DNA from: Candidatus Latescibacterota bacterium
GTDB lineage: Bacteria; Latescibacterota; UBA2968
Assembly (NCBI GenBank): GCA_965204745.1
Contig: OZ242010.1
Location: 608,001-672,000, forward strand
Direction of reading: 5' to 3'
Length of the DNA: 64,000 nt
Shown here piece after piece: positions 1-7,992 of this stretch. A model generated the notes under the pieces. The model ran no database searches. It worked only from the letters and a program-made list of their open reading frames with translations, and was not told where the DNA came from. Position 1 is the stretch's first letter. The number at the start of each line of letters is the position of its first letter. Made by a program: the position numbers and the translations under genes.

Positions 1-90
1 CAGCCGTTCATTCAGCCAGGCCAACAGAACCAGCCGTCGTTCCAGACTGGCATAGTTGCTCGGTTGCACTTGGGTTCGTCGGCGCGGCAT
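1..90 (-). CDS. res: 5' end of probable type III restriction (Res) subunit, runs off left edge
   Basis: ATG at 90, 2 nt after the MNT-HEPN stop. Open frame MPRRRTQVQPSNYASLERRLVLLAWLNERL resembles N-termini of Res partners of this Mod type, and the gene is co-oriented downstream of mod. Only 30 codons are visible. Confidence 0.55.
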   Translation of the reverse strand, partial: MPRRRTQVQPSNYASLERRLVLLAWLNERL

Positions 91-92
91 CG

Positions 93-800
93 CTAGGTCC
101 CTTCTGCGAGGATGGCTTCCAACTGACCGATGAGCGGCGGCAGGTGATTCTGCACAATATCGCAGAGCGTATCGAGGTCCACTGAGTCGTACGCGTGCGC
201 CAACAGGTTGCGCGCGCCGATCATTTTGCCCCACGGCACTGCCGGGTGGCGTTCCCGCGTCGCTGGCGAGACCCGGTTGGCGGCCTCGCCGATAACTTCC
301 ACGGCGCGCGTAAGGGCCAATTCCTTTATCCAGTCGCCTTCCAAGTCCTCTGGGCTTAGCTCGCCAAACGAATCAACGGCTTTTCTCGCGTAGATGAGCA
401 TATTCAGCAGGCTCACGCGGTCATCGCGCCGCTTGCCACCCGTCTTGAGGGACTTGTCGCTACCTTCTCGCGCCCAGCTTTCGCATCCCGGCCCCCGCTC
501 GTACAGCATCTCGGCGGACCCGAGTATTTCCGCTCGCAACAACCAGTTTTGCTTGCTTTCAACCCCCTCGAAAGTGTGCAAATCCGCCTCTCGACCAAAA
601 ATGGTCGACAATTCGTCCTGCATATCGATGAATGCAAACCCCGGCGTCCGACCCGGCTCAAATTCCACCAGCACATCGACATCGCTTTCTGGCCCGAAAT
701 CGTCTCGCAACACGGAGCCAAAGAAAGCCAGGCGCCGAATGTGGTTGCGCTGACAGAACGCGGCTATCGCGTCTTTTGAAATCTCGATTTTCGCATTCAT
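93..800 (-). CDS. Fused minimal nucleotidyltransferase (MntA-like) + HEPN/DUF86 (HepT-like) protein
   Basis: N-terminal FGSVLRDDFGPESDVDVLVEF (GS..DxD motif). C-terminal EVIGEAA and RNLLAHAY (RX4HXY HEPN motif). Confidence 0.85.
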   Translation of the reverse strand: MNAKIEISKDAIAAFCQRNHIRRLAFFGSVLRDDFGPESDVDVLVEFEPGRTPGFAFIDMQDELSTIFGREADLHTFEGVESKQNWLLRAEILGSAEMLYERGPGCESWAREGSDKSLKTGGKRRDDRVSLLNMLIYARKAVDSFGELSPEDLEGDWIKELALTRAVEVIGEAANRVSPATRERHPAVPWGKMIGARNLLAHAYDSVDLDTLCDIVQNHLPPLIGQLEAILAEGT

Positions 801-844
801 CTCGCCACCTCCGCGAACATGCGCGCTTTGAACATCGGCTCTAC
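655..844. repeat. 190-bp direct repeat copy 1 (last ~15 codons of mod + 5' part of MNT gene)
   Basis: Near-identical to 3341..3530, with only a few substitutions. Confidence 0.9.
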
Positions 845-846
845 TG

Positions 847-1062
847 CTATGGCTTCAGTGCCTTTGATTCGTGATTCAAAACGGCCTTCACCTGCCACTC
901 TTCAACGCCGTGAAACCAATTGAGAAACTGCTCGGTGGAAGCACCCTCTCGCAGATTATCGAACAGGGCATATACGGGAACGCGCGTTCCGCGAAACACC
1001 CAAGTTCCGCTCACTTTGTCGGGATGTCGTTCGATAGCCGTGCATGTATCCCAATTCAGCAT
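847..1062 (-). CDS. DUF433 domain protein (putative antitoxin)
   Basis: ERHPDKVSGTWVFRGTRVPVYALFDNLREGAS is the typical DUF433 pattern. Start could alternatively be 1092. Confidence 0.8.
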   Translation of the reverse strand: MLNWDTCTAIERHPDKVSGTWVFRGTRVPVYALFDNLREGASTEQFLNWFHGVEEWQVKAVLNHESKALKP

Positions 1063-1166
1063 GAGATCACCCGATACCTTTCTGCTGACCATTGTTAATG
1101 CGAATAAAGCGTTGAATCCATCGCGCCCTTGTCCTTTCGCTACTCGGTGGATTCAATCCCTCTCGG

Positions 1167-1301
1167 TCACGTCTCAAGGGTCAACTCTGACCCGCTGGAC
1201 TCGATGGCCTTCAGCATCACTTGCATGTTGGGATAGCGTGCGGTGCCGATCAACAGTCGGGATCGGTAGGTCACGCCTGCGATTGTGAAGTCGTTTGTCA
1301 T
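1167..1301 (-). pseudogene. thiG: Truncated thiazole synthase N-terminal fragment (44 codons)
   Basis: Manual translation MTNDFTIAGVTYRSRLLIGTARYPNMQVMLKAIESSGSELTLET* matches the ThiG N-terminal pattern (IAG..Y.SRLL.GT..Y). It is below the ORF-track size cutoff. Confidence 0.75.
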
Positions 1302-1340
1302 GGTTAGTGGTCAGCGGCTTTGGGAACATCGCCCGCCATT

Positions 1341-1427
1341 GTCCTATGTACGCACAAGCCCTCGCAACGCTTGGCCCCGAACAATCCGTTCAAGGTCAGC
1401 CTGCGAGGGCTTGTGTCGTTAAGGGAC
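1341..1427. repeat. Long imperfect hairpin; core repeated at 2851..2903
   Basis: CACAAGCCCTCGCA ... TGCGAGGGCTTGTG inverted arms. The loop TGGCCCCGAA..CGTTCAAGGTCAGC is shared with the second copy. Confidence 0.75.
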
Positions 1428-1432
1428 GTGCG

Positions 1433-2494
1433 TTAGGCCTCCGCATCCAACATGTGCTGAAAGGCCGCCAGATCATCCGCTTGCACCGCTGCACGATGCA
1501 ACCGCTTGAGCCTCGGCAAATCGTCGACAGCCGCAATGTGACCGGCGAACTGGCCGGCCACACCTGCATCAAAGCGAATCTCCAACACGTCGAGGATGTC
1601 TTCAACCGCTCGTTCTCTGACCCCTCGCTCGATTCCCTGCTCGATTCCCTGCTCGATTCCCTGCTCGATTCCCTGCTCGATTCCCTGCTCAATGCCCTGC
1701 TCGATTCCCTGCTCGATTCCCTGCTCGATTCCCTGCTCAATGCCCTGCTCAATGCCGCGCTCGATTCCCTGCTCAATGCCCTGCTCGAGGAACTGTTCCT
1801 TGAACTGTTTCTCGAGGTACTGGGCAAACGATGACTCACGCATAATCGCGTCCATAAAACCCTCCTGTGAAAGAATCCGCATGATGGTGGCAGGATCATA
1901 AGCCAACCCACTCAAGACCGCCAAGCTACCCAAATAATTCGCCTTGTCTGCCTGATCCAACGAAACCGAATCGCCCTTGCGAACACACGCGCGCAACCAG
2001 TCCTCGGAACCCATCCCCACAGGCGGCTTCATCAACGGCGCGAAAGGAAGCAAGCCGGCCTGGTCGCCTTCAAGAATGCCCTGCCCGTCCAACTCGCTCA
2101 ACCGAAGCACCTTGTAGCGCACCAGCACGGGAAAGTCCGCATGATCTTGGCGGAAAAATCCTTTATCGCTCCGCCCGGCATTGGGACGCAGATAGATGAC
2201 AAAGGAATAGACCGGCAAGCCATACTGCTCGATGAGGCGGATGATATAGGAAGCCATGCGACGAGCCATATTCGCGCTGTCGTCGGTTTGAAATTCGATG
2301 TGAACCAAGGCTTCCTCGCCATCGATCCGCACGCGAAGGAGGCTATCGACCAGGCGTGTTTCCACCTTGGGGAGTTCGGTGTCGAGGACTTCTTCAACTT
2401 CAATTTCGACATCCTCGCGTCCGAGAGCCAAGCGGATGAGGTCTTGCGGGTAGATGCGAATCAACTGCTTGGGAATCGTATCGTATTCTGCCAT
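1433..2494 (-). CDS. Rpn family recombination-promoting nuclease/putative transposase (PD-(D/E)XK)
   Basis: MAEYDT..KQL N-terminus, RLVDSLL...HIEFQT...MARRMASY motifs, GLLPFAPLM, and a C-terminal EQGI repeat tract. Confidence 0.88.
   Translation of the reverse strand: MAEYDTIPKQLIRIYPQDLIRLALGREDVEIEVEEVLDTELPKVETRLVDSLLRVRIDGEEALVHIEFQTDDSANMARRMASYIIRLIEQYGLPVYSFVIYLRPNAGRSDKGFFRQDHADFPVLVRYKVLRLSELDGQGILEGDQAGLLPFAPLMKPPVGMGSEDWLRACVRKGDSVSLDQADKANYLGSLAVLSGLAYDPATIMRILSQEGFMDAIMRESSFAQYLEKQFKEQFLEQGIEQGIERGIEQGIEQGIEQGIEQGIEQGIEQGIEQGIEQGIEQGIEQGIERGVRERAVEDILDVLEIRFDAGVAGQFAGHIAAVDDLPRLKRLHRAAVQADDLAAFQHMLDAEA
1625..1787. repeat. 12-bp coding tandem repeat (EQGI)n inside Rpn
   Basis: About 13 copies of GCTCGATTCCCT/GCTCAATGCCCT. 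Confidence 0.95.
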
Positions 2495-2544
2495 GGGGCG
2501 CCTCCTGATGTGGTATTGTTTGAACGATTTGCGAAGAAAAATAA

Positions 2545-2573
2545 ATAATCTCCAATCCCGCTCGCGATGTCAA
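2545..2573 (-). promoter_or_regulatory. Putative sigma70 promoter for Rpn gene
   Basis: TTGACA-17 nt-GATTAT on the minus strand. Confidence 0.45.
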
Positions 2574-2617
2574 GTGATTTTCCCATCTGCTCCGCCCCAC
2601 CGCAAGCCCTATCCCCA

Positions 2618-2652
2618 AGTAAGAGGTAAGAGGTAAGAGGCAAGAGGTAAGA
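2618..2652. repeat. Heptamer tandem repeat (TAAGAGG)n
   Basis: About 4-5 copies seen directly. Confidence 0.85.
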
Positions 2653-2699
2653 TCCACCCACCGCGCCGCCACCCGTGCGTGCCCTTCCCGTCCCCGCCA

Positions 2700-2808
2700 T
2701 GTCTGAATCGCGGATTAAACGGATTACACAGATTGCGCGGATTACCCCCACAACCCTACAGCCGCTTCATCGTTCCCCCCGCTATGTCCTTCGCACACCC
2801 CGCCGCCA
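2700..2808 (+). repeat. Repeat family B (nonamer CGGATTA-type array + unique tail), copy 1
   Basis: Highly similar to 14303..14410. Confidence 0.85.
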
Positions 2809-2940
2809 TCAACCGTAGGGATAGGCCCCTGTGCGCGCCCGACCTAAAAAGCCCTCGCATAGCCTGGCCCCGAATCGATTCGTTCAAGGTCAGCATGCGA
2901 GGGGATTGTATGAGGGATTTTTAATCGCTTATGCCCTATC

Positions 2941-3170
2941 GGGACCTACCCCCCTGGCCCCCGTTACTCGCTACGCTTCGTTGTAGGCTACACCTGTGCC
3001 TGCGAGGAAGGGGGGAACTGTGAGCGGTTTTGCGAGGGGATTGTGCGAGGGGGTTTGGGTTTCTATGGCGTGATCCATTCGCTCAAAGCCATCAGAGCAA
3101 CCAGAGCGAGAAGTCATCAAAGGGACTTTCTCCCCTTTCCTCGTAGGAAAGGGGCCGGGGGATAGGTCCC
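2941..3170. repeat. Repeat family A: MITE/REPIN-like element with hairpin ends
   Basis: GGGACCTA..CCCC left arm and GGGGGATAGGTCCC right arm, with CCTTCCT-N3-AGGAAGG hairpins. At least six copies in the window. Confidence 0.85.
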
Positions 3171-3486
3171 CTTGCGTTTGCTCATAGAGTTCCTCCGCCG
3201 AATTGAGTATTTCTTCCCGGAGTAACCAGTTGGGATTGTCTTCAACCCCCTCGAAAGTGTGCAAATCGGTTTTTCGCCCCAGGATTTCGCCCAGTTCAAT
3301 CTCCAATCTCATCAGTCCCATGTAGCCAATGCTCGTCCCTGGCTCAAATTCCACCAGCACATCGACATCGCTTTCTGGCCCGAAATCGTCTCGCAACACG
3401 GAGCCAAAGAAAGCCATGCGCCGAATGTGGTTGCGCTGGCAGAACGCGGCTATCGCGTCTCTTGAAATCTCGATTTTCGCATTCAT
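2971..3486 (-). CDS. Minimal nucleotidyltransferase (MntA-like); C-terminus reads through into family A element
   Basis: FGSVLRDDFGPESDVDVLVEF motif. ATGA overlap with the mod stop. Similarity to MNT ends at about LYEQT (~3175). Confidence 0.75.
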   Translation of the reverse strand: MNAKIEISRDAIAAFCQRNHIRRMAFFGSVLRDDFGPESDVDVLVEFEPGTSIGYMGLMRLEIELGEILGRKTDLHTFEGVEDNPNWLLREEILNSAEELYEQTQGDLSPGPFPTRKGEKVPLMTSRSGCSDGFERMDHAIETQTPSHNPLAKPLTVPPFLAGTGVAYNEA

Positions 3487-3530
3487 CTCGCCACCTCCGC
3501 GAACATGCGCGCTTTGAACATCGGCTCTAC
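3341..3530. repeat. 190-bp direct repeat copy 2
   Basis: Near-identical to 655..844. Confidence 0.9.
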
Positions 3531-6515
3531 GGTGATGGCACCGGGAATGCAGGAATCCCCATTGACATAAACCACCGCTACATCGTCGATCAGCCCTTGC
3601 TCGGCGACGAACCGCCGGTCGCGGTCAAAATCGGATCGTTCCCACCCCTCGGTTTTCCGCCAGATAACCGCCACCTCGCGCCCGGGCGCATCGCGGGTTT
3701 CGCCCCGATAGACCACATAGCGTCGGCCCTCGTCCTGATGAACTCGGCGCGTCCGCACATTTAGCCCCAACAAATAATTGAACGTCTCGGGGATATCCGC
3801 TGTCCGTTCCTGCGTCTCTCCATTGGTGTGAACCCGCAGGCGATAGGTGAACGGACTGGCTATTTTTACGACATTGAGCAGGGTCTCGCTGTCTTTGGTT
3901 TCCCATTGTAGCATGTACTTGATCAAGTAGTCGTCGAATCGATCCTCTAATTTCAACTGCGTGGCCGCGTCGTCAAAAGCGATGTTGTTCAGCGCGTCTT
4001 CGTAACTCTCCACGCGCATGGATTTGACGATGCGCGGCGACCGCTCGGCTTCATCGGGCGTCGCCATGCGTTTGGGCTTCCCATCCTTCCATTCGGGCGC
4101 GAAGGTGATTTTCTCGATGCGGGGCAACAATACCGTGTCGAAGTATTCGCCCATCTCGACGAGAATGAACTTGCGCCGCCCGCCATCTTCCCGGTTGAGG
4201 TTGATAACCGCGTGGCCCGTCGTGCCAGAGCCAGCGAAGTAGTCGGCTATCAAGGCTTCCTTTGAAGCAAAACCAAAAATTTTTTTCGGCAACTCCCAAG
4301 GCTTAGGATTTAGTCGACCATTCACTTCAAATTCAAACAAATCTCTAATGTTTTTTGAAGCACTGTCATTCGTACCAGCATCATCCCAAATGCTCCGTAT
4401 GTTCAAGCCGCGATGTTCAGACAAGAAGCGTTTCTTGCGTGGTTCTTTGGAGTTGCCATCGTTTCCCCACCATACCAACTTGTTTTTTTCGTTTTCTTTG
4501 TGTGTTTTTTTATCGCACCCCCAAACCCTCGGAGAATCAGAGTATGAATCAGGGTAGATAATCTCTCCTGTGTTGGGATGGGTAATTCCATAATACAGAT
4601 TGGGACGTTCTTGCTTGTGCCATTTTGAGCGATAATCGGAACCCGCCCAGTCGCCGCGCGGGTCATTGTCTGGGTTTGAATACTGCTTTGCAATTTGCGG
4701 AGAAGGCAGGGCGCGAGTTGGTTCCGCTCCATAAATGACTAGATTATCGTGGACAAAAGCAAAGGCGGGCTTGTTGTCTCCGCTGGTTTTTTTCCACGCA
4801 ATGTTTCCGATGAAATGTTCTGGACCAAATATAGAATCCAGTAACAAGCGGAAATGGGCAATTTCAATGTCATCCAGATTCACCCAGAAAGAGCTTTTTT
4901 CATTCATCAGAAATTTCGACAACATTGCCCTATCACTTATCATCACCAGCCAGCAGGAATGTTGATAGGCGTCACGATAGATAAAGTCATCGTCGCCGGT
5001 GTTATACGGCGGATCGATGTAAATGCAACTAACCTGCTCCGCGTACTTTTCCTGCAATAGATTCAACGCCTGATAGTTCTCGCTGTGAATGAGCAAGCCA
5101 TCGGTCATGCCGTCCAAATCGTCAAAAGACGCGAGCAGGCGATCCGTGAAGTCCGCGTCAAAGTGGCGGGTGTCCAGCATAAGCGTGGGGTGTGCCTGCA
5201 TAAAAGCGATGCGCTTGCCCTGCGTATCCTTTCCCGAGTTGAACAAGTTGATCGCGTCCTCGTCGATGTGGAACAACGCCTTCCACTTTGCCCATTGCGG
5301 CTCGCACGCGGCGATAGCGGGATAGAATTTTTCGTCGATGGTGCTGACCGCGATGCAATAGTGCGTCTCGGTGATGAACTTGCGCTTCTCCCACAGCATT
5401 TTTTGAAAGCACTCGATCTGATTCAAAAAGTCGATGATCTGACCGCCGACCACCTTGATCACGCGCATCATCTGAAACCAGCCGCCGACCATATTCTCGC
5501 CGATAGCGGTCATCTCGTCTAAATTCAGCACCTCGTTTTTCAAGTAGAAATCGAGCTCGCGGGCGAGGAACCCCTTCAGGTCCTTGTGGATAAAAAAGTC
5601 CGACGTATTGCGCCGCGTGTACTGCCGCAGGTGGTGCGCCAAATGGCTCACGGGTTCGCCATCGCCATCGCGCCGCCGCTCGCCGGTCAGCGCGGCCAGC
5701 GCATCCGTTGCCTTACCCAGCCGCTTGGGGATGGCGTCAACCGCCGCGGCGATGATATTCTCCTGCTGATTCTTCGTGCCATAGTCGCGCTTTTCCCCCT
5801 CGGTCAAGGGGCGGTATTCAAAGGGGATGGCGATTGCGCGGGTGCTATGGTCCCAGTGTGTCTCATCGACGAGGGGCAGGAAAAACCGCTTGTCGCCCTT
5901 GACGTTGTTCTGCTCCACATCGGCGGCCCTGATCCTGAACCGCACTGCGATGCCGTTGGGTGCCTTCCAGTCGTAGTCTCGGAAGTGTTCGCCGGTTTTG
6001 ACATAGTACTGGTCGCGGTTGGCCCAGTGGAGATGGACTTCCTCGCCGTTGTAGGGGATGGCGTATTGCTGATGCTTGGCATAGCGGCGTTTGGAGATAA
6101 AATCGCCGTCCTCGTAGTAGCGGCTAAAAAAGGCGTACAGGTGGTTGAAGATGTCGATCTCAACGGCCTCGCGGCGGCGAGCACCGGCGGCCTTTGCCCT
6201 CGCGTTCAGGTACTTCCTGCCGAGCGGCGTGTTGTGAAATGAAACCAGTTCGCCATTGGCTTCAATGGCGCCCTCGCCGAAGTTATCCTCGACACTTTGG
6301 GCGATTTCCTCCAGTTCAGCAGCGGCCCGATCTTGCTCGGCCAGCAAGCCCTGCTCCAGATCGTCGGCGATGGCCTTGGGCAAGTCCTCGGCGATGAATT
6401 TCTCGATGGCGTCCCGCTTGTAATTCATAATGCGGTAGATGCCGAAATCGAGGTCCGTGCTGTCGAACTGAAACAACTCGCGCAACAGGTGCTGGAATTT
6501 TTCTTGGATTGTCAT
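3483..6515 (-). CDS. mod: Type III R-M system adenine methyltransferase (Mod), ~1010 aa
   Basis: IYIDPPYNTG (motif IV) precedes DYFAGSGTTGHAV (motif I), the beta-class order. DLDFGIYRIMN N-terminus. RBS GAGG before ATG 6515. Confidence 0.9.
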   Translation of the reverse strand: MTIQEKFQHLLRELFQFDSTDLDFGIYRIMNYKRDAIEKFIAEDLPKAIADDLEQGLLAEQDRAAAELEEIAQSVEDNFGEGAIEANGELVSFHNTPLGRKYLNARAKAAGARRREAVEIDIFNHLYAFFSRYYEDGDFISKRRYAKHQQYAIPYNGEEVHLHWANRDQYYVKTGEHFRDYDWKAPNGIAVRFRIRAADVEQNNVKGDKRFFLPLVDETHWDHSTRAIAIPFEYRPLTEGEKRDYGTKNQQENIIAAAVDAIPKRLGKATDALAALTGERRRDGDGEPVSHLAHHLRQYTRRNTSDFFIHKDLKGFLARELDFYLKNEVLNLDEMTAIGENMVGGWFQMMRVIKVVGGQIIDFLNQIECFQKMLWEKRKFITETHYCIAVSTIDEKFYPAIAACEPQWAKWKALFHIDEDAINLFNSGKDTQGKRIAFMQAHPTLMLDTRHFDADFTDRLLASFDDLDGMTDGLLIHSENYQALNLLQEKYAEQVSCIYIDPPYNTGDDDFIYRDAYQHSCWLVMISDRAMLSKFLMNEKSSFWVNLDDIEIAHFRLLLDSIFGPEHFIGNIAWKKTSGDNKPAFAFVHDNLVIYGAEPTRALPSPQIAKQYSNPDNDPRGDWAGSDYRSKWHKQERPNLYYGITHPNTGEIIYPDSYSDSPRVWGCDKKTHKENEKNKLVWWGNDGNSKEPRKKRFLSEHRGLNIRSIWDDAGTNDSASKNIRDLFEFEVNGRLNPKPWELPKKIFGFASKEALIADYFAGSGTTGHAVINLNREDGGRRKFILVEMGEYFDTVLLPRIEKITFAPEWKDGKPKRMATPDEAERSPRIVKSMRVESYEDALNNIAFDDAATQLKLEDRFDDYLIKYMLQWETKDSETLLNVVKIASPFTYRLRVHTNGETQERTADIPETFNYLLGLNVRTRRVHQDEGRRYVVYRGETRDAPGREVAVIWRKTEGWERSDFDRDRRFVAEQGLIDDVAVVYVNGDSCIPGAITVEPMFKARMFAEVAR

Positions 6516-6525
6516 GTTGCGGTCC

Positions 6526-7992
6526 TCATTTTTGACCGGCGGTTGCCGGTGGATGCCGTTGCCAGCGCAGGATCGGTTTGCGCGCCGCGGTGGCTTCGTC
6601 CAGTCGCCGCACGGGGGTCGCGTGGGGGGCATCTTTGAGCAGCGCGGGATTTTCTTCGGCTTCCCGTGCGATGCGAATCATCGCGTCGATAAAAACGTCG
6701 AGTTGCTCCAGGCTCTCGGTCTCGGTCGGCTCGATCAGCATGGTCTCGGGCGCGACATTGGGCAGGGGAAAATAAATCGTGGGCGGATGGATGCCGAAAT
6801 CGATCACGCGCTTGGCGATATCGGTTGCGGAAATCCCAGTCGCCTTTTTTTGCCGCGACGCGGAAAACACCATCTCGTGCATGGGTTGCCCATTCTTGGG
6901 CTGGTCGTAATGCGCGTGGAGTTTTGCCGCGATGTAGTTGGCATTCAAAACCGCCATCTCGCTCGTGCGGCGCATGCCTTCTGCGCCGAGCATCTTGGCA
7001 TAGACCAGCGCGCGCAGAAGCATCCCAAAATTCCCGTAAAACGAACTCACCTTGCCAATGGACTGCGGTCGGTCGAAATCGAGCTGAAACGCGTCGTCCT
7101 TTTTCGCCACAACCGGCAGGGGCAAAAAGGGCAACAGGGCCTCTGTCACGCCCACGGGGCCAGACCCCGGCCCGCCGCCGCCGTGCGGCGTGGTAAAGGT
7201 CTTGTGCAAATTGATATGCACCACATCAAAGCCCATGTCCCCGGGCCGGCACTGCCCGAGAAAGGCGTTGAGATTCGCGCCATCGTAGTACAACAGGCCC
7301 CCGACCCCGTGGACCAGCGCGGCAATTTTTTCGATCTCGTCCTCAAACACGCCAAAGGTATTGGGATTGGTCAGCATCAGCCCGGCCACGTCATCGGTCA
7401 ACCGCGCCTCGAGATCCGCCACATCCACCGTGCCGCGGTCGGTCGATTTGATCGCCTGCACGGTATAGCCACACATCGCCGCGGTCGCGGGGTTGGTACC
7501 GTGCGCGGAATCCGGAATCAGCACCACCTTTTTGCGGTTGCCCATCGCCTCGTGATGCGCCGCGATCAGGGAAATCCCCACAAACTCGCCCTGCGCGCCG
7601 GCCGCGGGTTGAAACGTGAACCCCGCCATGCCGCTGATGGCTTTGAGCACCTGTTCCATCTCGTAGATCACTTGCAGCGCGGCTTGGGCATTGTCCGCCA
7701 AGGGATGCAACCCCGCGATCTGCGGCATGCGCGCCACCTTCTCATGCACTCTCGGATTGTATTTCATCGTACACGACCCCAGGGGATAAAACTGCGTATC
7801 GATGCTGAAATTCATCTGCGACAGCGCGGTATAATGGCGCACGAGTTCCAACTCGCCCACCTCGGGCAGCGCGGGCGGAATGTCGCGGCGCATGGATTCG
7901 GGAATCGCCGCGCCGGAATCCACCGCCGCCGGAAAGGTCGCGCATCGCCTGCCCGGCGCGCCGCGTTCAAAAATCAATTTCTCGGCCATCAT
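6526..7992 (-). CDS. gcvPB: Glycine dehydrogenase (decarboxylating) subunit 2
   Basis: YPLGSCTMKYNP, SAHGTNPA, HINLHKTFTTPHGGGGPG. Confidence 0.96.
   Translation of the reverse strand: MMAEKLIFERGAPGRRCATFPAAVDSGAAIPESMRRDIPPALPEVGELELVRHYTALSQMNFSIDTQFYPLGSCTMKYNPRVHEKVARMPQIAGLHPLADNAQAALQVIYEMEQVLKAISGMAGFTFQPAAGAQGEFVGISLIAAHHEAMGNRKKVVLIPDSAHGTNPATAAMCGYTVQAIKSTDRGTVDVADLEARLTDDVAGLMLTNPNTFGVFEDEIEKIAALVHGVGGLLYYDGANLNAFLGQCRPGDMGFDVVHINLHKTFTTPHGGGGPGSGPVGVTEALLPFLPLPVVAKKDDAFQLDFDRPQSIGKVSSFYGNFGMLLRALVYAKMLGAEGMRRTSEMAVLNANYIAAKLHAHYDQPKNGQPMHEMVFSASRQKKATGISATDIAKRVIDFGIHPPTIYFPLPNVAPETMLIEPTETESLEQLDVFIDAMIRIAREAEENPALLKDAPHATPVRRLDEATAARKPILRWQRHPPATAGQK

Noticed and set aside
1341-1439. 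Possible integron attC site (Rpn stop lies in GCCTAAC followed by a long hairpin)
   Set aside because: No matching GTTRRRY at the distal end of the stem, and no integrase or cassette array is seen.
6516-6632. N-terminal extension of Mod in the ORF track (similar extensions for coaE, GH29, AriB-like, hyi-like and DUF5686-like genes)
   Set aside because: They overlap upstream genes; downstream starts with RBS or stop/start coupling are better supported.
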